The notes: generated by a model from the sequence alone, not told the origin. A DNA stretch of 64,000 nucleotides from Bacteroidia bacterium (GCA_030426665.1 JAUHYD010000004.1:105598-169597), one strand, 5' to 3'. Counted from the first letter of the stretch, positions 1-8,998 are shown. Numbers and translations: made by a program.

Positions 1-1236
1 GGAAGAGTTCCTAAAATAGCGGTGTACACCCCTACCGGAAAGCCACCCTGGGATGATGCGGTGACACTGGCACTTACTTATGCCGAGATTCCATTTGACA
101 AGTTGTATGTAGATGAGGTGTTAGCCGGCCGGCTGTCGCAATATGACTGGTTGCACCTGCACCACGAAGACTTTACGGGACAATATGGCAAGTTTTGGTC
201 AATGTATAAGAATGAGGAATGGTATCGGGCAGAAAAGCGGTCGGCAGAAAAGCTTGCTGCTAGTCATGGTTTCAAGAAAGTCTGGCAGATGCAGCTGGCC
301 GTAGTGAAAACGATTAAGCGTTTTGTGGGGAATGGTGGCAACCTGTTTGCTATGTGCTCGGCTACTGACACTTACGACATATCGCTAGCGGCAAATGGCA
401 TTGACATTTGTGATACGCCTTATGACGGGGATAAAATGGATCCGTCGGCGCAGTCATTGCTTGAGTATGATAGTTGTTTTGCATTTACGGGGTTTACCGT
501 TTCAGACAATCCGTTTGAGTATGAATACGCAACCATAGACAACGTATCCTATCGGTTTTTGCCGGAGAGTGCCGATAGTTTCAGTCTGAGAAAGTTTGAT
601 GCCGGAGACAATCCTGTTGCAGCCATGCTGTGTCAGAACCATACCAATACCATTAAGGGTTTTATGGGGCAAACAACATCATTCAGGCGAGAAGTGGTAA
701 AGCCCAACGTCCTGATACTGGCAGAGAATACACAGGCGAAAGAAGTGCGCTATATGCATGGCAACTATAAAAAAGGTTCGTGGACATTCTATAGTGGTCA
801 TGACCCCGAAGACTATCAGCACATGGTAGGAGAGGCACCAACCAACCTGGAGCAGCACCCAAATTCTCCGGGGTACCGACTGATACTGAATAATGTCTTG
901 TATATGGCTTCAGGTAAAAGGGAACATCCGGCAAAACAAACGCCAATCATTGATACGCAGCAAGTGGCGGAAGAGCCGGAGCCCACTCCCAAAGACCAGA
1001 TACATATTACCGCTGGTGGAAGTGCCAACACACTGGTAATATCCATTGGCAAAAAAAATGAGGCCGATGATGATATGCTTATACGGCAGGTGGCGCTTGT
1101 GAATGCAGCGGGAAAAGAGGTGTTCCGCAAACAATACAATGCCCGGACAGCTACCGTGTACATGGATGATCTGGAACCGGGCATCTACTCTGTATTGGTA
1201 AATGATACCAATGCGGGCAAAGTGGTTAAAAATTAG
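1..1236 (+). CDS. 5'-truncated Bacteroidota conserved protein (often annotated 'asparagine synthetase B', GATase-like) with an extra C-terminal T9SS-like sorting domain
   Basis: Frame is open from base 1 (GRVPKIAVYTP...). Motifs PWDDAVTLALTYAEIP, YDWLHLHHEDFTGQYGKF and GHDPEDYQH match this family. It continues through a P/E-rich linker into a beta-rich tail ending LEPGIYSVLV...KVVKN. Confidence 0.7.
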   Translation, partial: GRVPKIAVYTPTGKPPWDDAVTLALTYAEIPFDKLYVDEVLAGRLSQYDWLHLHHEDFTGQYGKFWSMYKNEEWYRAEKRSAEKLAASHGFKKVWQMQLAVVKTIKRFVGNGGNLFAMCSATDTYDISLAANGIDICDTPYDGDKMDPSAQSLLEYDSCFAFTGFTVSDNPFEYEYATIDNVSYRFLPESADSFSLRKFDAGDNPVAAMLCQNHTNTIKGFMGQTTSFRREVVKPNVLILAENTQAKEVRYMHGNYKKGSWTFYSGHDPEDYQHMVGEAPTNLEQHPNSPGYRLILNNVLYMASGKREHPAKQTPIIDTQQVAEEPEPTPKDQIHITAGGSANTLVISIGKKNEADDDMLIRQVALVNAAGKEVFRKQYNARTATVYMDDLEPGIYSVLVNDTNAGKVVKN

Positions 1237-1312
1237 CAGCTGTGGTGCTTATTTGGCAATAGGTGTCGTATTTTTGCAACTCTGGGTCAGGACGCTCCAG
1301 CACAAAAAGCCT

Positions 1313-1915
1313 ATGCCGATAGATATTGAGGAATATATAGCCAGTGGGATAATTTACGACTACTGTGCAGGCCTGCTTCCGGAAGGTGAACGAGCAGCTG
1401 TCGAGCGGATGGTTTCGTTTTATCCGGAGGTGAGGGCAGAATTGCATAGTGTACAGGAAACACTGGAACAGAATGCCTCGCAGGCGGCAATGCCACTCCC
1501 ACCTGATTTGAAAGATAAGATATGGGGAGTACTCGATAACCTCGGCAAAGAGCAGAAGCGAAACCCGGAAGACCTGCCACTAATCAACAAATATTCTAGT
1601 GTTGATAATTGGCGGCAGATGGTATTGCCAATGTTACCGGCCGGCATACCGGAGGGCACTGATGTGCAGATGTTACGAAACTCAGACGGCATAACTCAGA
1701 TGCTAATCTCCAGCTCGATAGACGTGCCGGACGAAGTACATGAAAATGAGCGTGAAAGCTTTTTCGTATTGGAAGGTAACTGCAGATGTAATATTGGTGA
1801 AAAACAAATTGAGCTTGGTCCGGGCGGATACATTGAGATACCGATGCACGAACACCACCATGTAGAAGCACTATCACCAAGGGTAGTCGCGATACTGCAA
1901 CGCATAGCCGTTTAG
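1313..1915 (+). CDS. Cupin-domain protein with an anti-sigma-factor-like N-terminus
   Basis: N-terminus IEEYIASGIIYDYCAGLL...YPEVRAEL resembles Bacteroidota anti-sigma N-termini. Cupin motifs VHENERESFFVLEG and HHHV are present. Start moved to ATG 1313. Confidence 0.65.
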   Translation: MPIDIEEYIASGIIYDYCAGLLPEGERAAVERMVSFYPEVRAELHSVQETLEQNASQAAMPLPPDLKDKIWGVLDNLGKEQKRNPEDLPLINKYSSVDNWRQMVLPMLPAGIPEGTDVQMLRNSDGITQMLISSSIDVPDEVHENERESFFVLEGNCRCNIGEKQIELGPGGYIEIPMHEHHHVEALSPRVVAILQRIAV

Positions 1916-1930
1916 TGCAACTATAGTGCT

Positions 1931-2257
1931 TTATTCAAAATAATTGATAACGCACTCTTTGAGCATAAGCTCCTGTTGTTCAAGACCCCGTACAGGTACT
2001 GGTTCTATTTCCTTAAAGTGCGGCCAACCGTCTTCATCGCGACCGGCAAATTCATAAAACCCGTGCTGTGTAAGTAAGGTGCACACGCCAATATGCATAA
2101 GGTCCTGTTTCTGCTCTTTCGAAAACTTACGGCGAGGTAGCTGCCCCAGCTCGTTTATCCCAATGAGGAACAGGATGCCTTCCATATCCGGCAATTTTCC
2201 GAAACGCTCTTTGAGCATAGCTTCCGTTTCTATCCAACGCTGTTCAAAGTTATCCAT
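1931..2257 (-). CDS. Conserved hypothetical protein
   Basis: 108-aa ORF with LFLIGINELG...KEQKQDLMHIGVC and DEDGWPHF, recalled as a Bacteroidota conserved hypothetical. Confidence 0.7.
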   Translation of the reverse strand: MDNFEQRWIETEAMLKERFGKLPDMEGILFLIGINELGQLPRRKFSKEQKQDLMHIGVCTLLTQHGFYEFAGRDEDGWPHFKEIEPVPVRGLEQQELMLKECVINYFE

Positions 2258-2479
2258 AATGCACGGCCCCTATGTTGCTGAAATATTGGGTGAACAAATC
2301 AGCACTTTTGTTAGTTGAAGCGACGAAATTAGCGCATTAGTAAGATACGGCAACCAATTTGCGCTTATTAATTGTATTTTTAAAAAAAGTTAAAACTATT
2401 AGTTATATAGCTGTTTCTCGGTTTACAGTTTTAATTTTGGTTATCGATAATTTAAGCAACAAAACATCACTTAAAGAAT

Positions 2480-3484
2480 ATGGAAATATCTTCATCATTT
2501 GACATTCGTGAACTGAATGAGCGAATTCATCAGCAGAGTGCTTTTATTGATTTGTTGACCATGGAGTTGGATAAGGCTGTGGTTGGCCAGAAACATATGG
2601 TTGAACGCTTAATGATTGGAATGTTGGCAAACGGACACGTGCTATTGGAAGGTGTGCCGGGTCTCGCAAAAACACTTGCCATTAAATCTTTGTCATCTGC
2701 TATTCACGCTCGGTTTGCAAGAATACAATTTACACCGGATTTGTTGCCGGCTGACGTACTAGGTACAATGGTTTACAATCCGCAGGAGCATGTATTTGCG
2801 GTGCGTAAAGGACCGATATTTGCCAACTTTATACTTGCGGATGAGATAAACCGTGCTCCGGCAAAAGTGCAAAGTGCACTGTTGGAAGCAATGCAGGAGC
2901 GACAAGTGACCATTGGTGATAGTACTTATAAGCTGGAAGAACCCTTTCTGGTGTTGGCAACACAAAACCCGATTGAGCAGGAAGGTACTTACGAACTGCC
3001 TGAAGCACAGGTGGACAGGTTTATGCTGAAGATTATTATTACTTATCCGAAGAAAGAAGAAGAGCGTCGAATAATTCGTACCAACCTGAACCCGGGTGGC
3101 ATGACTAAGATTAACCCGGTTGTAAAAACAGATCAGATTCTGAAAGCGAGAGAATTGGTCAGAGAGGTGTACATGGACGAAAAGATAGAGCAGTACATTC
3201 TGGACATAGTATTTGCAACACGCTTTCCCGAAGAGTATAAGTTAGGTAAGCTGAAGACCCTTATCAGTTACGGAGGGTCACCACGTGCGAGCATCAACCT
3301 TGCTTTGGCATCAAAAGCATACGCATTTATCAAGCGCAGAGGGTATGTTATACCAGAAGATGTGCGTGCAGTATGTCACGACGTTATGCGCCACCGTATA
3401 GGTCTTACCTACGAAGCGGAAGCAGAAAATGTAACAACGGAGCAAATAATCAACGACATACTGAACGTGGTAGAAGTACCATAG
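2480..3484 (+). CDS. moxR: MoxR family AAA+ ATPase
   Basis: Walker A GVPGLAKT, RIQFTPDLLPAD, Walker B ILADEINRAPAKVQSALLEAMQE and LATQNPIEQEGTY. Confidence 0.95.
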   Translation: MEISSSFDIRELNERIHQQSAFIDLLTMELDKAVVGQKHMVERLMIGMLANGHVLLEGVPGLAKTLAIKSLSSAIHARFARIQFTPDLLPADVLGTMVYNPQEHVFAVRKGPIFANFILADEINRAPAKVQSALLEAMQERQVTIGDSTYKLEEPFLVLATQNPIEQEGTYELPEAQVDRFMLKIIITYPKKEEERRIIRTNLNPGGMTKINPVVKTDQILKARELVREVYMDEKIEQYILDIVFATRFPEEYKLGKLKTLISYGGSPRASINLALASKAYAFIKRRGYVIPEDVRAVCHDVMRHRIGLTYEAEAENVTTEQIINDILNVVEVP

Positions 3485-3509
3485 TAGGGTTGATTACAAA
3501 TAATTATGT

Positions 3510-3539
3510 ACGCCACTCATTTCGGGTGGCGTTTTTTTT
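3510..3539 (+). terminator. Intrinsic terminator after moxR
   Basis: Stem CGCCACTC / GGGTGGCG with an ATTTC loop, followed by 8 T. Confidence 0.9.
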
Positions 3540-3753
3540 GTGGGAAATGGATTCGAGAGCTACCTTTTTCATTATAAAAATCAGCAATGTTTTTGCCCTT
3601 GCTTCAAAAAACAGCGCGATAACGGACTTATTCAAAAAGGGGAGGTTGGCGCATGTGTAATTAGTTGAAAAACAACTCGCTGTTAGGGAAGTTATTTTTA
3701 TGATAGATAGCATGTGGTGTATGATAATGCGGAAAGTGCAAGCTCATAAAACC

Positions 3754-3761
3754 TAGGTTTG
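3754..3761 (+). promoter_or_regulatory. Candidate Bacteroidota sigma-A -7 element for the phage-like operon
   Basis: TAGGTTTG matches TAnnTTTG 55 nt upstream of ATG 3816. A variant CATCTTTG lies at 3782-3789. Confidence 0.5.
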
Positions 3762-3815
3762 CCAAAACAAAAAACACGCTTCATCTTTGTGTCACAAAAC
3801 AACCAAATCCCTATC

Positions 3816-4808
3816 ATGATTGAAAAGTTCAAGAAATTAGAGCGACAGTATGTACTGTCGGACAGCTCGGTAAATGAGTATGGCTTTCGTTTGCTGACCT
3901 CCGGTTATCAGATGGATTCTTTTCGCAAAAACCCAATCGGGTATTATATGCACCGCCGCGAAGATGGCATAGCCCTGAAGTGGGAAGACCTGAAAATTGA
4001 AGATGACAAGATAGTAGGTACACCTACCATTAACCTCTCTAATGCCAGGGGCGAACAAACCTGTGCAGAAGCAGAAAACGGCTTTCTGAATGCTGCTTCG
4101 GTAGGTCATATAGTAGTGCTTGAATATAGCACAGAAAAAGAAATGATGCTCCCCGGGCAGACGGGCCCCACTATCACCAAATGGTACAATAAAGAATGTA
4201 GCCTGGTGGATATACCCGGCAATAGCAATGCCCTTACCCATCTATATGATGCGAATGAAAATGAGCTTAATCTGGTTGACCTGAACATCGGAAAACGTTC
4301 ACTACCCGGACTGCAAGAGAACACTCTCATTGACCTTTGCGATGTACTGGGGCTGGCACAAAAAACTACAGAAACCGAAGTTAGAGATGCTGTGAAGCAT
4401 CTGGCTAACAAGGCCAGAAATCTGGAAGCAGCAAACATCACATTAAGCAAAGACAAACAATCGCTCCAAGTACAGCTGGACGAAATAAAGAGTCTGCGCT
4501 GCCGATACGAAGTAACAGCACTGCTAAACCGCGCACTTGAAGACAAAAAGGTGACGGTAGCATTGAAAGAAAAGCTAAACGAAGACTACGCGAATAATCC
4601 GGAAGGGCTAAAGACATTATTAGCTGCAATGCCTGCCTACCAGTCGATAGCGGCACAATTGAAAAATCAAAAACAAGCGGACACGTCAGAAAATTGGGTG
4701 TGGGACGATTATGAAAAAAATGACCCGACCGGCAATAAGCTAAAGTTGTTGCGCGCCAACGACCCTGTTCGTTATCAGGAGCTTTTTGATAAAAAATTCG
4801 CTCAATAG
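3816..4808 (+). CDS. Prohead maturation protease (HK97-type) fused to a scaffold domain
   Basis: VLSDSSVNEYGFRLLTSG, NPIGYYMH (His), GFLNAASVG (Ser) and ECSLVDIPGNSNAL, followed by a coiled coil and ALEDKKVT...LKTLLAAMP as in Mu gpI/Z-type scaffolds. Start set to ATG 3816. Confidence 0.85.
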   Translation: MIEKFKKLERQYVLSDSSVNEYGFRLLTSGYQMDSFRKNPIGYYMHRREDGIALKWEDLKIEDDKIVGTPTINLSNARGEQTCAEAENGFLNAASVGHIVVLEYSTEKEMMLPGQTGPTITKWYNKECSLVDIPGNSNALTHLYDANENELNLVDLNIGKRSLPGLQENTLIDLCDVLGLAQKTTETEVRDAVKHLANKARNLEAANITLSKDKQSLQVQLDEIKSLRCRYEVTALLNRALEDKKVTVALKEKLNEDYANNPEGLKTLLAAMPAYQSIAAQLKNQKQADTSENWVWDDYEKNDPTGNKLKLLRANDPVRYQELFDKKFAQ

Positions 4809-5113
4809 TCGTACGCTCCGGCAAAGACACATCCTGTTGTAAGTAACACAACGGAACTAATGCTACGAATCAACCTCCGGAACACCTTGCTATGCCCATA
4901 GTCAAAGATGGCATACCTAAACTACTGCGCTACCACCACTGGTTTTGTTTTTCAATACACTTTTGAAGCACTCTTGCTGGCTCTTCCTCGATAGCATAAC
5001 CTGTAGCAATCACACCTTTTACCTATAGACATCTTACCAGTACACCCGAAAAGCAGCACCGCTTTTCTATATCTAACAATATCATTCTTTAATCACTAAT
5101 CAATCATACCTAT

Positions 5114-6028
5114 ATGGCAATCCAGAAAGAGATATGGCAAGACCACATCGAAGGCAATCTTTTTAAGAACAACGAGTTTCTGTTAGCATCAACCGATGCC
5201 GGGCAACACGTAATGCAAGGCAAAGTGGTTCATATTCCACAGGCAGGTGCAAAAGCAACCGTGGAAAAAAACCGCTCAACCCTCCCTGCAACAGTGATAC
5301 AGCGTACAGATTCGGACGTAATGTACGTTCTGGACGAATACACCACAGATCCGATTCTCATACCTAATGCAGAGTCGTTTGAGCTGAGCTACAATAAGCG
5401 TGAAAGTGTATTGGGAGAGTATGAGTCGTCGCTCCGGGAAACAATTGCAGACAATTTGTTGATAGAGTGGAGTCCGTCTGGAGTTACCGGTACGACCATC
5501 CGTACCACCGGGGTTGCAACAGCAACACATCTTGCAGATACCGTTGGCAACAGGAAGAAGTTTACGGTTAATGACCTGAAGTATGCTCAGTTGCAAATGA
5601 ATAAACAAAACATTCCGATGGAAGGTCGCTATGCACTGATAAGTGCCGATATGTTTCAGCAACTGACGGACGATATGTCTGCTACTCAGTACCGTGACTT
5701 TAGTGCCGCGTATGATGTAAAAGACGGCATCCTTGGCCGACTGTTCGGCTTCAACATTATGATGCGTGGCAGTGTAGTTACTTATAACAACGACCCTTCC
5801 CCGGTTGTGCACGCTTATGACGATGTAACAGAAGCAACAGACAATGACGGCGTGCTGTGCTGGCAGATGAGTGCTGTAGAACGTGCATTGGGACAAGTTA
5901 CATTCTTTGAACGCATGGGCGACCCTACTTACTATGGCGACATATACAGTGTGGGTGTAAGAATGGGCGGACGTAAACGCAGAAGCGACGCAAAAGGCAT
6001 TGTCGCAATAGTACAAGACGCAGAATAG
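5114..6028 (+). CDS. Major capsid protein
   Basis: 304 aa directly after the protease. GKVVHIPQAGA...NRSTLPAT..QRTD, ELSYNKRESVL, GRYALIS and GRLFGFNIMMR match Bacteroidota phage capsid proteins as recalled. Confidence 0.8.
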   Translation: MAIQKEIWQDHIEGNLFKNNEFLLASTDAGQHVMQGKVVHIPQAGAKATVEKNRSTLPATVIQRTDSDVMYVLDEYTTDPILIPNAESFELSYNKRESVLGEYESSLRETIADNLLIEWSPSGVTGTTIRTTGVATATHLADTVGNRKKFTVNDLKYAQLQMNKQNIPMEGRYALISADMFQQLTDDMSATQYRDFSAAYDVKDGILGRLFGFNIMMRGSVVTYNNDPSPVVHAYDDVTEATDNDGVLCWQMSAVERALGQVTFFERMGDPTYYGDIYSVGVRMGGRKRRSDAKGIVAIVQDAE

Positions 6029-6031
6029 TGC

Positions 6032-6125
6032 CAACAAGGCGGGCACTGGGTCGGGATACCTTTTGTGTTTGTTTCATAAGTAGGTTTTTTATTGATAAGG
6101 AGCCGACAAAATGCCCGCCTTGTTG
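6032..6125 (+). repeat. Long inverted repeat / structured intergenic RNA element
   Basis: CAACAAGGCGGGCA (6032-6045) is the exact reverse complement of TGCCCGCCTTGTTG (6112-6125). Inner pairings GTCGG/CCGAC and CCTT/AAGG extend the stem. Confidence 0.85.
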
Positions 6126-6170
6126 CTAACAATTTTCTTCACCGGCGTATGACGCTCAATATGCAAACTC

Positions 6171-6440
6171 ATGTTCATGGAAATAAAAGTATGGCTTCTC
6201 GTAGGTGTAGCTAGTGTAATGGCTGCGATACTCGGTTTCATAATAAAGGTTGTGACAGATCAGGTATTAAAGCGATTGGACGAAATAGTAACAGAGCTGA
6301 AACAACTTACCCAATCGACTACAGTGCAGGGTCAGCAAATAAAGGGGCTGCAAGAGCAGGATACCATTATTCATCGTCGCTTAAATGAACACTCTGAACG
6401 CATACATACGTTGGAAACAAATGCCATTCACGAAAAATAA
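6171..6440 (+). CDS. Putative holin (one N-terminal TM helix plus a coiled coil, XhlA-like layout)
   Basis: Hydrophobic VWLLVGVASVMAAILGFII followed by a heptad-rich tail, in the lysis cassette upstream of the CHAP enzyme. Confidence 0.55.
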   Translation: MFMEIKVWLLVGVASVMAAILGFIIKVVTDQVLKRLDEIVTELKQLTQSTTVQGQQIKGLQEQDTIIHRRLNEHSERIHTLETNAIHEK

Positions 6441-6472
6441 AACAACTAATTCATCCAGAAATCTCTATCACT

Positions 6473-6904
6473 ATGTTTTGTACAAGGATAAAAAGCAAAC
6501 TAAGAAACGTGCTGCGAACATTTGACAGCTTTGTTGACAACAATGTAGAAACCGCACTTAAAGTAACCACAGTATTGAAACAAATAATTGCGTCGCCCGT
6601 AGCGGACATTGTAACCGCACTAATACCCGGTGAGGCGGACGACTTGCTTAAAAAAAAGTTGCTGATTGCGCTAGAAAAGGTGACGGACGTTTTGACAATT
6701 ACAGACGAGTGCATGAAGCATCATAACGTAAACGATAAGCTCGCCTGCTTTGCAGAACAGATGCGCCATAACTCCCCGGAATTGCAAGACGCTTTATTGC
6801 ATAAAATGGCGAGCCTGTTAACCAGCGAACTAGACGGGAATAGAATGAAACAAAACCTGTACGACCTGTACACACAGGCCAAGTATGCAGCTGCCAAGCA
6901 ATAA
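6473..6904 (+). CDS. Hypothetical helical protein in the lysis cassette
   Basis: 143-aa ORF between the holin and the endolysin, with an amphipathic basic N-terminus. No family recognised. Confidence 0.7.
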   Translation: MFCTRIKSKLRNVLRTFDSFVDNNVETALKVTTVLKQIIASPVADIVTALIPGEADDLLKKKLLIALEKVTDVLTITDECMKHHNVNDKLACFAEQMRHNSPELQDALLHKMASLLTSELDGNRMKQNLYDLYTQAKYAAAKQ

Positions 6905-6945
6905 ATTCAATTTGCAACCTATCGCTAAATCTAAAACACAACAAC

Positions 6946-7512
6946 ATGAACAATACCGGGCATAACTCAATGCCAGATCAAAGAATGCTCGCTTTATACG
7001 CGCTGAAGGCAGCGCAAGGGCAGATAGGACAAACAGAAAGCCCGAAGGGCAGCAACCGGGGCGAAATGATAAATAAGTATTTGCGGTCAGTGGGACTGAA
7101 TCCCGGATACGCCTGGTGTCAAGCGTTTGTGTATTGGTGCTATGAAGAAGCTGCAAAGCAAATCGGTATTCGGAATCCTATGCCCAAAACAGCCGGTGTA
7201 TATGATTGCTGGAATCGTTGCGCAATTGAAGTTAAGGGGCAGGCCACAAGTGTTCTGACAATGTTACGGGAATCTGTGGCCAGACAACCGGAAGTGTTGC
7301 AGCCGGGCGATCAATTCATTTTGACATTTGGCAAGCTTTCCGGACACACCGGTATCATAGAGCGGGTGGCAATAGAAGTAGGAGAAGACCCTGTGCTACA
7401 CACCATTGAAGGAAATAGCAATACAGACGGCAGCAGGGAGGGTTATGCAGTAGTACGACATAAACGAAAGCTAAGCGAAAAGGCATTGCGTGGCTTTATA
7501 CGGTACGCCTAA
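6946..7512 (+). CDS. CHAP-domain peptidoglycan hydrolase (endolysin)
   Basis: PGYAWCQAFVYWC (catalytic Cys), GHTGIIERV (His) and TIEGNSN. Confidence 0.85.
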   Translation: MNNTGHNSMPDQRMLALYALKAAQGQIGQTESPKGSNRGEMINKYLRSVGLNPGYAWCQAFVYWCYEEAAKQIGIRNPMPKTAGVYDCWNRCAIEVKGQATSVLTMLRESVARQPEVLQPGDQFILTFGKLSGHTGIIERVAIEVGEDPVLHTIEGNSNTDGSREGYAVVRHKRKLSEKALRGFIRYA

Positions 7513-7546
7513 CCTCTTGAACATCATCAAACATAAACTCTATAAC

Positions 7547-7783
7547 ATGAATGGAATAAAACAACGCTCCGACAACAGTATGCAGGAAGACAAATTGTAC
7601 TTCAGCAGCGATGGGCTGGCATTTCTAAACGAGACAGACGCAAAAAGGCAAGCGAAATCACTACGAGACAAACGTATCAATGTTATGACCAGGCAGGAAG
7701 CAGATTTACAAATGGAAAAACTGTTAGCTGACATAGGCGATGAAGAGTCCGATATGTTGTCTGGCATACCGACCTTGAAGTAA
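7547..7783 (+). CDS. Small phage protein preceding the sheath gene (positional analogue of Mu gp38)
   Basis: LYFSSDGLAFLNETDAKRQA motif. Located immediately upstream of the sheath. Start set to ATG 7547. Confidence 0.55.
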   Translation: MNGIKQRSDNSMQEDKLYFSSDGLAFLNETDAKRQAKSLRDKRINVMTRQEADLQMEKLLADIGDEESDMLSGIPTLK

Positions 7784-7819
7784 GGGTATCAAAAACAATA
7801 AAATACAAAAACACAAATT

Positions 7820-8998
7820 ATGGGTAGTGTAAACATTACGCTGGCTAATGGTCAGCTTGGGGCAACGCTCCAGACAAATGACGGTATTGCCGGACTGGTA
7901 ATTACCGGGAACACTGAAGGCGACTACACTGTCGGAACACCGATACTGGTAACAAGTATGGCATCCGTAGCAGCAGCAGGCATAACCGACACATTGAACA
8001 GCTTTGCAATTCGACAGTTGCAGGAGTATTACAATCAAGCAGGCGCAGGGGCTCAACTGTATCTGATGCTAGTTCCTGCCACAATGACCATAGCAGATAT
8101 GGCGGATAACGCCAACCCGGATGGTGCAAAAAAGCTACTGGACTATGCTGATGGAAAGGTAAAAGTATTGGGGTTGCTCAGCGATGATATCGCTGTCGCT
8201 GCTGCCACAGAACCGATAGTTATAACAAATGGTATAAACGAAGACGTTTACACTGCAGAAGCAAATATGGTAGTAATGGCAGCAGCCTACTTTGCTGCAC
8301 ACAAGCCTTTCAGAGCCATTATCGGTGGCACAAGTTTCTCAGGAGTTGCGGCGGAATTAAATGATTACTCTACAGGCACAACCAACAACCGCACAGCCAT
8401 ATTAATCGGTGACACAAAAAGTGGTGTTGGCGCGTGTGTAGGTCTTGCATTAGGCGTTGTTGCATCCATACCTGTGCAGAGAAAAATTAGCAGGGTTAGA
8501 ACCGGTCCACTTACTAACACAGCAGCTTTCCTCGGCACAGAATCGGTGGAAGCTTTGGCAGAGTCTTTACCGGTTATTGCACAAAAGAGCTTCATCACAT
8601 TTATTACCTATGCCAACACAAGTGGCTACTTCTTTTCCGGTGACCCAATGTGCACTGCCACAACAGACGACTACAGTATGTTGGCGAGAGGTCGAATAAT
8701 AGACAAAGCCCACGTGCTGGCCTATACAACCTTTGTACAGGTAATAGATGATGAGATTCCTGTAAATGCCGATGGAACGTTAGATGCAGGCTTTTGTAAA
8801 TGGTTGAGTCAGCAAATAGTAAATCTGGTTAATAATACCATGACTTCCAATAAAGAGATAAGTAGCGTGAATTGCTTCATCAACCCGGAACAAAATATTC
8901 TCAGCACCAACGAGCTGAATGTAGTACTTAGTATTGTACCTGTCGGATATGCAACTAATATAGAAATCAGCCTCGGGTTCAGCAATCCGGCCAACTAA
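7820..8998 (+). CDS. Contractile tail sheath protein (DUF2586-like)
   Basis: 392 aa: VNITLANGQLG, GLALGVVASIPVQRKISRVRTGPL, FITFITYANTSGYFFSGD and C-terminal VPVGYATNIEISLGF. Confidence 0.85.
   Translation: MGSVNITLANGQLGATLQTNDGIAGLVITGNTEGDYTVGTPILVTSMASVAAAGITDTLNSFAIRQLQEYYNQAGAGAQLYLMLVPATMTIADMADNANPDGAKKLLDYADGKVKVLGLLSDDIAVAAATEPIVITNGINEDVYTAEANMVVMAAAYFAAHKPFRAIIGGTSFSGVAAELNDYSTGTTNNRTAILIGDTKSGVGACVGLALGVVASIPVQRKISRVRTGPLTNTAAFLGTESVEALAESLPVIAQKSFITFITYANTSGYFFSGDPMCTATTDDYSMLARGRIIDKAHVLAYTTFVQVIDDEIPVNADGTLDAGFCKWLSQQIVNLVNNTMTSNKEISSVNCFINPEQNILSTNELNVVLSIVPVGYATNIEISLGFSNPAN

Noticed and set aside
2480-3484. moxR as the assembly ATPase of the tail module
   Set aside because: It looks like the standard Bacteroidota MoxR and is insulated from the module by a strong terminator. 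Adjacency alone is not evidence.
3624-3634. SOS box (Bacteroidota LexA-type GGA-N5-TCC) upstream of the module
   Set aside because: Only a mismatched GGA-CTTAT-TCA was found, which is too weak to call.
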